In this document: positions 1 through 8,125 of the stretch, piece by piece
How positions within the stretch are numbered: position 1 is the stretch's first letter
How the letters are laid out: each line of letters begins with the position of its first letter
Source of the DNA: a virus
Lineage: Duplodnaviria; Caudoviricetes
Length of the DNA stretch: 25,657 bases
Virus record (IMG/VR): IMGVR_UViG_3300037782_000181
Location: 1 to 25,657 of that record
Direction: 5' to 3' (one strand)
Notes under the pieces: model-generated
Told to the model about the DNA's origin: nothing
The model's database searches: none
What the model saw: only the letters and a program-made list of their open reading frames with translations
Program-made: the position numbers and the translations under genes

Positions 1-61
1 GGCGGTGATGGTACCAGAGCGGGGGGCGGCGGGGCTCGTTCGGGGAGGGTGAGGCCCCTTC

Positions 62-89
62 TTGACGCGTGGGCGGTGGTTGCTACAGT
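62..89 (+). promoter_or_regulatory. sigma70-type promoter upstream of the tRNA fragment (-35 TTGACG, extended -10 TGcTACAGT)
   Basis: TTGACG at 62-67, 16-nt spacer, TG at 81-82, TACAGT at 84-89; the tRNA-like 5' end begins at 101. Confidence 0.65.
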
Positions 90-100
90 TGGCGACTACC

Positions 101-129
101 GGGCAGGTAGCTCAGTTGGTAGAGCAGCG
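101..129 (+). pseudogene. 5' fragment of a tRNA (probably tRNA-Phe); candidate prophage attachment junction
   Basis: GGGCAGG-TA-GCTC-AGTTGGTA-GAGC-A-GCG gives the acceptor 5' strand, U8-A9, a complete D arm and the start of the anticodon stem. No paired anticodon stem, T-loop (GTTCRA) or 3' acceptor strand follows. The Phe assignment rests on recalled similarity to bacterial tRNA-Phe 5' halves. Confidence 0.75.
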
Positions 130-138
130 AGGTCATTT

Positions 139-154
139 TCGGGTAATTACCCGA
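139..154. repeat. perfect 16-bp palindrome TCGGGTAATTACCCGA (candidate operator or recombination-protein site)
   Basis: TCGGGTAA/TTACCCGA are exact reverse complements, lying between the tRNA fragment and the integrase start. Confidence 0.6.
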
Positions 155-239
155 CATTCCCAATCGCTCGCAAGCTCGCTCAGCATCGAAAATGCCCGCT
201 TCTCTGTCTCTTGCCTCCGCATTTGGAAAGGCAAGGGCA

Positions 240-1214
240 ATGAAAAACATTCCGCAACAAGTCACTCAGATCATGGGCAGCAGGGTGGTGTTCAGCATCG
301 CCGAGGAACTGCTCCGCAATATCGAGATCGACAGCGGACCAACCGCAGCCGAATCGTTTAGGCGGAGTACCCGTCGATTTATCAAAGACTTCGGTACGGT
401 CCACATCCGCAAGCTGACCCTGCAAGACCTACAGGAATGGAAACGCAAACTCCGCTCCGATGGTCTTGCGCCGAAAACGATCAACTGCTACATGCAATCG
501 GTCAAGCGTCTCATCGCATACTCGATCGTCTGCGGCTACCGCCCGTACCTGCCTGTCAATGCTGTTAAGGACATGCGGGTGCCGCTACGTCCGCAGGAGA
601 AAGGCGAGAGCCCGGAGTATGTCAGGCAGTTCATCGATCAGATCGGCGAGGGAACCGAGAAGCGGATCAAGGGTATCTCAGCCAATATCAGGAACTACAT
701 GACGCTTGCCTATCTGACGGCGATGCGCCCGACCGAGCTACTCCGCATCGTTGGCGATGAGGGCATCTGGGAAGAGAGCTACGTCTTTGTCCCGAACGAG
801 GGAAAGACCAACATCGCTACCCGCTTCCCCAGGCGGATCGTGCTGACGGATACGGCGAAAGAGTATCTGGGCCGATGCAAACCGCATTGGAGGGATATCT
901 CGGCGTTTGCTCATGCTTGCAGGAAACATGCGGGTCGAAGCTGTCACTTCCTACGCCATAGCGCCGCTCAGGCGATGGTGGACTTGGGGGCGCAGTATCA
1001 GGATGTCTCCGTTGCGCTCGGGCATTACAACAAGACGATCAGCATCAACTCATTGCATTACTACAAGCCAAACTGGGAATCGACTCGCAAAGCCTTGGAT
1101 CTGCTGCCAGCAACGATCGGGCTTGGACCAGCGCCAAAGGCGGTAGAGGAACCCAAGCCGATCCCGTTGCATCCTGAGCATTCCGAGCCTCAGTTGCGGC
1201 TTGTTGGATACTGA
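240..1214 (+). CDS. int: tyrosine recombinase / phage integrase
   Basis: SAM-like N-domain (LAPKTINCYMQSVKRL); catalytic motifs AMRPTEL (R), EGK (K), HFLRH (HxxR), LGH and HYY (Y). ATG 240 is preceded by AAGGGC; ATG 192 is an in-frame alternative. Confidence 0.93.
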   Translation: MKNIPQQVTQIMGSRVVFSIAEELLRNIEIDSGPTAAESFRRSTRRFIKDFGTVHIRKLTLQDLQEWKRKLRSDGLAPKTINCYMQSVKRLIAYSIVCGYRPYLPVNAVKDMRVPLRPQEKGESPEYVRQFIDQIGEGTEKRIKGISANIRNYMTLAYLTAMRPTELLRIVGDEGIWEESYVFVPNEGKTNIATRFPRRIVLTDTAKEYLGRCKPHWRDISAFAHACRKHAGRSCHFLRHSAAQAMVDLGAQYQDVSVALGHYNKTISINSLHYYKPNWESTRKALDLLPATIGLGPAPKAVEEPKPIPLHPEHSEPQLRLVGY

Positions 1215-1252
1215 ATCGATTGTGTTCGGCACATTTCCTGTATGTATTGCGT

Positions 1253-1281
1253 TTGTATGTGAAAGCCGGAATAGGTAGTGT
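1253..1281 (+). promoter_or_regulatory. putative promoter for a leaderless moron transcript
   Basis: TTGTAT (1253-1258), 17 nt, TAGTGT (1276-1281); ATG 1288 sits at the expected +1. Confidence 0.45.
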
Positions 1282-1287
1282 GTTCTC

Positions 1288-1725
1288 ATGGCAAAGAAAC
1301 CGAAAGAGAAGCGATCGATGGGCTGCCTGTTGCCGACTCTGTTGTTTGGTCTATTCATACTGGCAGGCTGGTTTGTAGAGACAAGCATGTTCGATGAGTT
1401 GGCAGCGCCGGATTATCTCTCCCCCGACGATAAACAAGCATGGCTCGATCAGAGGGAAGCGGAGAGAGAGGCTCGGCGGCAGGATCGAAACGACGATAAG
1501 CAGCGTCATCGGATCATGTTGGCTACAAAAGCCGCTGTCCGCAATGTCTATCTCGATGCCAGCGATATTGAGGTTGTCGTCCATCGAGAGAACAAGACGT
1601 ACTACTCCATTGCCAGCTTTCAGGGCGTGAACTCATTTGGAGGGCCTGCTCCAACCTCGGTACGATGTAACTGGGTTTACAATGAGACAGCAGATGAATG
1701 GATCATCCTTGATATGATCGATTAA
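1288..1725 (+). CDS. single-pass membrane protein (moron-like), function unknown
   Basis: basic N-terminus MAKKPKEKR, hydrophobic segment LLPTLLFGLFILAGWFV, charged linker and a C-domain with GVNSFGG; flanked by its own promoter and terminator. Confidence 0.8.
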   Translation: MAKKPKEKRSMGCLLPTLLFGLFILAGWFVETSMFDELAAPDYLSPDDKQAWLDQREAEREARRQDRNDDKQRHRIMLATKAAVRNVYLDASDIEVVVHRENKTYYSIASFQGVNSFGGPAPTSVRCNWVYNETADEWIILDMID

Positions 1726-1749
1726 ATACATATACTCTGAGCGAAGAGG

Positions 1750-1784
1750 ACCGCCCCTTAGCTTTCGAGCGGGGGGCGGTTTTT
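1750..1784 (+). terminator. Rho-independent terminator
   Basis: ACCGCCCC..GCT-TTCG-AGC..GGGGCGGT followed by TTTT; UUCG tetraloop. Confidence 0.85.
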
Positions 1785-1872
1785 CTATGCGCATATCTCC
1801 GATAGTACAAATGAAGGAATCTACAGGCGTTGTTGCGAAATGCAATTGCGTAGACCTACGGAGATCATAGCT

Positions 1873-2070
1873 ATGGCATCAACTACATGGGTATCAGCGG
1901 ACGGAGGGGCCAGCGATAGCCAGCCCAGCTTGTCAGGGCGAAAGCTCGTTTCAATCGAAGCAGAAAACGGCGTGAACCCGATCGCCCTCAACGGGCTCAT
2001 CTCGGCGGCTCAGCAGGCAATTCTGCAAGACTCAACCATTGTCGTCAAGATCCAGGTCGGCTCCGAGTAA
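1873..2070 (+). CDS. hypothetical protein (65 aa), first gene of the late operon
   Basis: ATG 1873 with GGAG 9 nt upstream; TAATG overlap with the next gene. Confidence 0.6.
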   Translation: MASTTWVSADGGASDSQPSLSGRKLVSIEAENGVNPIALNGLISAAQQAILQDSTIVVKIQVGSE

Positions 2071-2480
2071 TGGCCCGCAACCTCGGAGACATCGAGGAAG
2101 CCATCGAGAGCGGGAGCGGGGTGCAGACGGCAACGCTGCGCTCCTCGATTAGCTCTTGGGGCATTGTACTGCCTACCCGATCCAGAGCCGAGCGTGCTAC
2201 CGAAGCCGTCAGCAATCTCGAAGCAAGAGCCAACTATGCGAGGGAACTCCAAGCCCGAGGCGGGCGATGGCGTTACTCCGCACGGCGGATCGCTCTTGAG
2301 ATACTCGCACTCATCGATATATACGACGAATGGTTTATCGACTATGAGCTAACGCCTCAATCCGACGATTCATCGGGAGCCATCTACGGGATTCCGTTCG
2401 GAGAGTGGGCTGACGCCGACTCTCGTATCGGGGTTGACTCAATTACGGCGATCGCAGAGCAGGAGATTGACGGATCGTGA
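2070..2480 (+). CDS. hypothetical protein
   Basis: coupled on both sides (TAATG and GTGA overlaps); no motif recognised. Confidence 0.65.
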   Translation: MARNLGDIEEAIESGSGVQTATLRSSISSWGIVLPTRSRAERATEAVSNLEARANYARELQARGGRWRYSARRIALEILALIDIYDEWFIDYELTPQSDDSSGAIYGIPFGEWADADSRIGVDSITAIAEQEIDGS

Positions 2481-3337
2481 CAGGCGCATCGGGCGAATCA
2501 GTCAATCCATATTGCGAGTATCCGCAGCTACCCCGATCGTTCCTGCCTCTTCGCCTGCTCTCTGGCGCATGCTCTGGGCCTTGCGTCATCATTGGGGGCG
2601 GACCATCTGCCCGAAGAACGATCATCAGGCATGGGATGCCCGAGTGCTTTACGATCGGAGTCAACCATGCCTGCGAGCAGTTTCCTTGCGATCTGGTGGT
2701 CTGCCAGGATTCGCAGATCTTCAAGTACCGCAAGTTCAGATCGGTTGTCGAGAATCGCAAGACGTTCGTGGTTACAGGTCTGACTCGCCCGACTTCGAGG
2801 CTCTCGACTCCGAAGACGAGCGGGTACTACTACTGGCGAGAGCAGAGCGAGCAGAACTCCGATTGGCATGGTTGCGATCCTACCCACGTCCTGAGAACGC
2901 CCTCGGTCCTGAGCGGTTCTCAGGCGGTCGTGCTTGCTCATGCGCTCGGCTTCGGGCCGATCGTCTGCCTCGGATTCGATGCCAACAGCGAGAAGGGCTG
3001 CTACACGTATGGATTCAGTCATCCGAAGTGGGGCGGCGCTCTGGCTGTCACCAAAGCCCGTCAGCAGATGATCGACAACCAGTGCGACTTTCTCGAATCA
3101 AACGCAGCAGAACTGAACCTTATCAACTGTAGCGATGGGCGTTGGCGTTCAAAAACAAACTACGAGAAGGTATTGGACCTCGTTCGATCGAAGAGCGAAG
3201 GTAGCCGTTCGCTCGTTGGGAGCGTCTGGCTTGCAAACATGAGGCTCCGCAATCCTACTGCGGCTCAGAACTACGAATCGAAATCTGATCTACGGAGTTC
3301 CAGCAATGGGCGACTACAACCGAAAGCCAATCGATGA
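2477..3337 (+). CDS. Maf/DUF115/MptE-like Rossmann-fold protein (sialyltransferase-like superfamily), putative glycosyltransferase
   Basis: motifs CVIIGGGPS, TIGVN, DLVVCQD, SGSQAVVLAHALGFGPIVCLGFD and LINCS. Confidence 0.7.
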   Translation: MTGASGESVNPYCEYPQLPRSFLPLRLLSGACSGPCVIIGGGPSARRTIIRHGMPECFTIGVNHACEQFPCDLVVCQDSQIFKYRKFRSVVENRKTFVVTGLTRPTSRLSTPKTSGYYYWREQSEQNSDWHGCDPTHVLRTPSVLSGSQAVVLAHALGFGPIVCLGFDANSEKGCYTYGFSHPKWGGALAVTKARQQMIDNQCDFLESNAAELNLINCSDGRWRSKTNYEKVLDLVRSKSEGSRSLVGSVWLANMRLRNPTAAQNYESKSDLRSSSNGRLQPKANR

Positions 3338-3860
3338 TCTGCCTTACGGGCTCAAAGGGCAGCACCACAAAGACCCGAAATGCCTGAGATGGTACACCGG
3401 AACGCATCCGACGCTCGGCATTGAGTGCGTCATCCAGGAATACGAAGACGGCTACGTCATTTACAGAGATCCAAAGACGCAGGCGTTTCTGCCCGGCTGC
3501 AAGACCTGGGGCAACAAGAAAGGCAAGCGGGGCAGGTCCATCGTTGACATCATCGATGAGATCGCCGACAAGGACACTTGGATAGCCATGCTCCTGCGCC
3601 ACTTCATGCTGACCAACAGCAAGGATGAAGAGGTTTCGCTGAGAGCGATGAATCAGCTACTCGATCGCTATTTCGGCAAACCGACTCAGAACCAGTCGAT
3701 CGAAGTCGGATCGAAAAACGGCGAAGCCATCAAGAGCAAGCTGAACGATATGTTCGGCATCAACGACAACCCCGTACCTCTCTCTGACGGGGACAACGCT
3801 ACAGACTCTACAGACCCCTCCGAGGACAATGAACAAGATAATCAGTCAGGCGCAGATTGA
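3306..3860 (+). CDS. terS: terminase small subunit (DUF5681-like)
   Basis: RDPKTQAFLPG..GNKKG and AMNQLLDRYFGKPTQ motifs; directly upstream of and overlapping the large terminase; GGAG RBS. Confidence 0.7.
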   Translation: MGDYNRKPIDDLPYGLKGQHHKDPKCLRWYTGTHPTLGIECVIQEYEDGYVIYRDPKTQAFLPGCKTWGNKKGKRGRSIVDIIDEIADKDTWIAMLLRHFMLTNSKDEEVSLRAMNQLLDRYFGKPTQNQSIEVGSKNGEAIKSKLNDMFGINDNPVPLSDGDNATDSTDPSEDNEQDNQSGAD

Positions 3861-5235
3861 CCAGATACGCAACTCTCGGTTTCTGCCTTATCAGCGCCGA
3901 CTGATCGCTGACGACTCTCGCTACATCATCTGCGAGAAGTCGAGGCGAGTCGGAATCAGCTACGCAATGGCGTACAAAGCGCTGCTCTGGGCAATCGAGA
4001 CGAAGCACAACGTCTACTACGCCGCTAACAACTTTCAGAGAGGATTGGAGTTCGCCGACTACTGCAAGCAGTTCGGTGAGCTTGTCAATCTCGAATCGGG
4101 CGAGGAACTTGTCCGGCTGAAATCGGCCACAAGGGACAAGATCCCGGTATCGAGCGGCGCATCCGTTGTCATCTGTTCGAGCAAGCCCGACTCGCTACGA
4201 GGCTGTACCGGCTCGGTCATACTTGACGAATTTGCGTTTGCCGATCAGCCCGAGGATCTCTGGGCGGCTGCCCGTCCCGTCATCAGCGGAATGGGCTATG
4301 CGGGCAACGTCTGCATCGTCTCAAGCCATCGAGGGCAGACGTTCTTCTATCGGATGGTTGAGGACGCCAAGCGTCATCAGGCCGAGGTAGGCAGCTTCTC
4401 AGTCCATTCGATCAGCATCCATGATGCATTGAAAGAAGGCTTTGCGATTAAGACTCCTGGCGAGCATCAGCGCCATCTGCCCGATCTCGATAGAACCAAC
4501 GCCGCATACATCGAGGAACTCAAGCGGACAGTTCAGGTCTCAGACACGATCTTCAAGCAGGAGTACGAGCTTGAGCCCGTCTCGGCTGGCACGTCAGTTC
4601 TGCCTCGGGTGCTTTATGACGAGCTTGCGATTGTCGAAGGCACTGATTCAGAGCTTGAGTTCGGGCGTGAGTACGCAGACCTCTACATCGGAGTGGACTT
4701 CGGCAAGCAGGACCAGACGGTCATGTGGGTACTCGAAGAACGCTACAACCCGAATGTAGCCGATGAGCATATGAGGCGTGAGTTCTTTACTCGCCATGTT
4801 GCGATCCTGAGCGGTAAGGCGGCTCAGAGGCAACTCTCGCTACCTGAGCAGACTCAGTACATCCGGCGTTGGGTTGGACATCCGAATGTAGTTGCCTGCT
4901 TCGTGGATCAAGGCGCATTCGGTCTCTCGATCTATGAGGATCTAAAGGCGACGACGGGCAAGGTCAAGGGCGTGACATTCTCGCAGCCCATGAAGTCGGA
5001 GATGGCTGAGACGCTGCGAGCATTTGCGGAGCATAGAAGGATTGCGCTGCCCTCTGGTCGAAACAGCATCAAAGACGATGTGTGTTGCGTTGAGGCGATC
5101 GAGAATGCGAATCGATCGCTGAGCTACGACGGACGGAGCGGCTACGGACACGGCGACTGTTTCTGGGCGCTGGCTCTGGCGATCAAGGCAGCCGAGGAAG
5201 TCCGCAACTACGAGTGTCTCAGCGTCCGCTACTAA
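3829..5235 (+). CDS. terL: terminase large subunit, Mu gp28-like
   Basis: FLPYQ adenine-binding motif, EKSRRVGIS Walker A, VILDEFAF Walker B, nuclease motifs IGVDFG and HGDCFWALALA. Confidence 0.95.
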   Translation: MNKIISQAQIDQIRNSRFLPYQRRLIADDSRYIICEKSRRVGISYAMAYKALLWAIETKHNVYYAANNFQRGLEFADYCKQFGELVNLESGEELVRLKSATRDKIPVSSGASVVICSSKPDSLRGCTGSVILDEFAFADQPEDLWAAARPVISGMGYAGNVCIVSSHRGQTFFYRMVEDAKRHQAEVGSFSVHSISIHDALKEGFAIKTPGEHQRHLPDLDRTNAAYIEELKRTVQVSDTIFKQEYELEPVSAGTSVLPRVLYDELAIVEGTDSELEFGREYADLYIGVDFGKQDQTVMWVLEERYNPNVADEHMRREFFTRHVAILSGKAAQRQLSLPEQTQYIRRWVGHPNVVACFVDQGAFGLSIYEDLKATTGKVKGVTFSQPMKSEMAETLRAFAEHRRIALPSGRNSIKDDVCCVEAIENANRSLSYDGRSGYGHGDCFWALALAIKAAEEVRNYECLSVRY

Positions 5236-5247
5236 CGGGGTTCCTAC

Positions 5248-7341
5248 ATGCGCCTATTCGGTAAGAAACGCGAGATCAGCAAAGCCGTTACGGACCCGAT
5301 CGACAACGACGTATCGGGAGCAACCGGAGGCTTCGATGAGATATTTGCGCGCGCCCAAAGAAATGCCCGCCAACTCTCGATCAAAGATAACTACTTGCAG
5401 GTCGCTCCGATCCGCAACGCCATCAGCAAGATAGCGGACAACGCAGCCCGCGCAAGATTCAGGATCTTCGACCGACAGACTGGGCAAGAGGTGGTGGGGG
5501 GCGATCTCTACAAGCTCGTCAACAGACCCAATCGGTACATGAGCGAGTACCAACTCAAACAGGCGATCTATTCGTGGTATCTGCTGACGGGCGAGTATGC
5601 CGTCTTCATGCCGACCGGCAAGAGCGATGAGCAATCGCTGCTCGGGACTCCGAAAGCGTTGGTGGTGCTGGATCCGTTCAGGCTGAGAGTTGCTCAACCC
5701 CAGAACCCGAGGGATCTCTCCGAGGTCACAGCTTGGGAATACCACTTTCCCAATGGCGCTCATCTGAACGCCTCATCGAGCCACATGCTCTACGGAAAGA
5801 ACTTCTCGCTCGGAGGCGTCCGGGGCCTCTCTCCGATCCTCAGCGGTCGCAATGAGATTGCGAGTTATTTCTACGCCTGGGATCATGTTGCTGGGTTCTT
5901 CGAGAACTCGGCGATGCCATCGGCCATAGTCAATGTACCCGAGAGCATGTCGCCTCAGAGCCTCGATCGCATGCGGCATCAGTTTGCTGCGCTGTTCGGC
6001 GGCAAGGGCAAGCACGGGGTTCTGTTCGCCAAGGGCGATTACAAGATATCAAACCTGCAATCGCAACTCAAAGACGCCTTAGCCGACAAGCTGATCGAGA
6101 TGAGCGAGCAGGATGTCTACAAGCTCTACTCGGTGCCTCCGATCATCTCGGGCGACTGGAACAACGCCAAGTATGACGCCGCTACCGAGCAGCTTGAGAG
6201 CTTCGCAGAGAACACATTGCTGCCGATGTTGCAGAACGCAAGCGATGTCTTTCAGTCACAGCTTGTAGATCGCTACGACTGGCGCAGCGATATCAAGGGC
6301 AATACCCGGAGCAAGGCGCTCTCCCCGCTGACGAAAGCGGCGCTTGAGAAGAACCTCGATATCTACGCCGAGTCTCGGTTTGTATGTATGTTCGATCCCG
6401 AGACTCTGCCCATCATGGGCAAGCTCGCCCGCCAGCGGATCGACATGGCCCTCAAGCTCATCAATGAGGGGCAATGGTCCAGCAACGAGGCATTTGCCTA
6501 CATCGGCATCGATACTCCGATCAACGAGAACTCAGAGCTTCGAGATCGGGTCTACATCAGCAACGCCCTGACACCGATCAGCAGCGCCGAGGCGGATGAC
6601 GAGAACCCGACCGCTCAGGCTGCAACTGAGACGACGGGCGATGCGGTCGAGAGAACCGCTCTCAACGGAGCCCAGATCGCCTCGCTTGTTCTGATCGCTG
6701 AGAGGGTGGCTGAGGGCATCATCCCGAGAGAGGCTGGGCGTCTGTTCGCTCTGCTCTCGTTCCCCTTGGCTGACCGCCAGACGATCAGCGATGCGTTCAG
6801 CGAACTTGTCGAAGGCATTGCTGCTCAGAGAGGTGAACAGCCTGCTCAGCGCCAGCCCGAGGAAGAGGCGGCCACGATTACCGAGGCGGAGAAGGCGCTG
6901 CGGGATGGCTGCCTCTCAGAGTCTCTCAATGCCCTCGAAGCGAAACACGGGATCGGCAACATATTTGAGCGCTCAAAGAAAGCGGCTCAGCGGTCAGGCT
7001 CATCGAGCCATTACGAGCAGGCGGATCTCAAACGGGCTCGCCGCTGCTTGAACGAGCTACGCAAAGCCACACTGGTCCGAGCGGCAAGCGGCAAGAAACC
7101 GAGGCTTCGAGACTACGACGAGGCGCTCGATGGGATCAACGCTGTCGATGCTGGCGAGTTCGCCCGCTCTGTCTACCGAGACGTATCCCAACTGATCGAG
7201 CGCACAGCCGACTCGATCGAGGCTCAGGCTGCTGTCAAAGCCTACTTCAACACCTATCCGCGCGAGTCTACGCGCAACTTAGCGAGGTCTATCCATGCCT
7301 ACAGAAGTCAAAGCCCCGAAAGCAATCCGCAAGACGGTTGA
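5248..7341 (+). CDS. HK97-family portal protein with a long C-terminal extension
   Basis: LVNRPNRYMS, YLLTGEYAV, RGLSPI, FFENSAMPSAIV and LYSVPP motifs; about 260 extra C-terminal residues including LNGAQI. Confidence 0.92.
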   Translation: MRLFGKKREISKAVTDPIDNDVSGATGGFDEIFARAQRNARQLSIKDNYLQVAPIRNAISKIADNAARARFRIFDRQTGQEVVGGDLYKLVNRPNRYMSEYQLKQAIYSWYLLTGEYAVFMPTGKSDEQSLLGTPKALVVLDPFRLRVAQPQNPRDLSEVTAWEYHFPNGAHLNASSSHMLYGKNFSLGGVRGLSPILSGRNEIASYFYAWDHVAGFFENSAMPSAIVNVPESMSPQSLDRMRHQFAALFGGKGKHGVLFAKGDYKISNLQSQLKDALADKLIEMSEQDVYKLYSVPPIISGDWNNAKYDAATEQLESFAENTLLPMLQNASDVFQSQLVDRYDWRSDIKGNTRSKALSPLTKAALEKNLDIYAESRFVCMFDPETLPIMGKLARQRIDMALKLINEGQWSSNEAFAYIGIDTPINENSELRDRVYISNALTPISSAEADDENPTAQAATETTGDAVERTALNGAQIASLVLIAERVAEGIIPREAGRLFALLSFPLADRQTISDAFSELVEGIAAQRGEQPAQRQPEEEAATITEAEKALRDGCLSESLNALEAKHGIGNIFERSKKAAQRSGSSSHYEQADLKRARRCLNELRKATLVRAASGKKPRLRDYDEALDGINAVDAGEFARSVYRDVSQLIERTADSIEAQAAVKAYFNTYPRESTRNLARSIHAYRSQSPESNPQDG

Positions 7342-8125
7342 TGTCCCGTTCGAGCAGATCGCAAAGTCCGATGACGGCATTCTGAGGGCGGTCATTACTG
7401 CGGAGATACCTGACTCAGATGGCGACGTGGTTGTCGTTGAGGGTATGAAATGGCCCAGATACGACGAATCCAATCCGCTCCCGGTCCTTTCCTCGCATCT
7501 GCGGAAACTGCCTGACGGCAGACCTTCGCAGATCGGCTATGCCACGAAGATCTACAGAACCGTTGCGTCGGTCAAGGGGCAGAGCGTGCCCGCCGTTGTC
7601 ATGGAATGGCAGTGGCTCGATACCGAGCTTGCGAGAGAGTGGAAAGAAGTCGCCCGCAAGATGGGCAGGCTCAGCTTCTCGATAGGAGCAAGCGTTCTCG
7701 AAGCGCAGCCAATCGAGAAAAACGGGTCCGTAGAAGGATTCCGTTTCAGTTCCACCGAACTCACAGAGGTCAGCGTCGTGACCGTACCTGCAAATCCTGC
7801 GGCGCTCAGCATGAATGAAACTACAGGGACCGACGCAATGACTAAAGAACAGATCGACACATTCATCAAGGGCTACGAGAAGATCGACGACGCCCTTGTG
7901 CAACTCATGTCAACAGTCGAAGCCATCGAAACGAGGCTTGACGAAATCGCTTCCCACAAGACCGTTGCGGCTAACGAGGCTGACGAGCCCAACGAGACTA
8001 CCAAGGCTCAGCCGAGCGATGAGTTGAGCGAACGGCTCAACGACCTACTCAACAAAATCAAAACTATCAAATCTACGGAGCAATCTTCAAATGGAAACAA
8101 CGGAGATTCTACAGACGCTCAGTAA
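7295..8125 (+). CDS. HK97-family prohead protease with C-terminal coiled-coil extension
   Basis: DSDGDVV, VLSSH (His), FSIG (Ser) and LTEVSVVTVPANPAA motifs; located between portal and capsid. Confidence 0.92.
   Translation: MPTEVKAPKAIRKTVDVPFEQIAKSDDGILRAVITAEIPDSDGDVVVVEGMKWPRYDESNPLPVLSSHLRKLPDGRPSQIGYATKIYRTVASVKGQSVPAVVMEWQWLDTELAREWKEVARKMGRLSFSIGASVLEAQPIEKNGSVEGFRFSSTELTEVSVVTVPANPAALSMNETTGTDAMTKEQIDTFIKGYEKIDDALVQLMSTVEAIETRLDEIASHKTVAANEADEPNETTKAQPSDELSERLNDLLNKIKTIKSTEQSSNGNNGDSTDAQ

Noticed and set aside
8-16. Possible divergent extended -10 (TGgTACCAT) on the minus strand
   Set aside because: Too close to the window edge to see a target gene; a single short motif.
101-176. 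Complete tRNA-Met/Ile2, since CAT falls at anticodon positions 134-136
   Set aside because: The anticodon stem does not pair in register, the loop is non-canonical, and there is no T arm or 3' acceptor strand.
2434-3132. 232-aa alternative-frame ORF overlapping the Maf-like gene
   Set aside because: Arg/Ser-rich with no motifs; the overlapping frame carries the clear family motifs.
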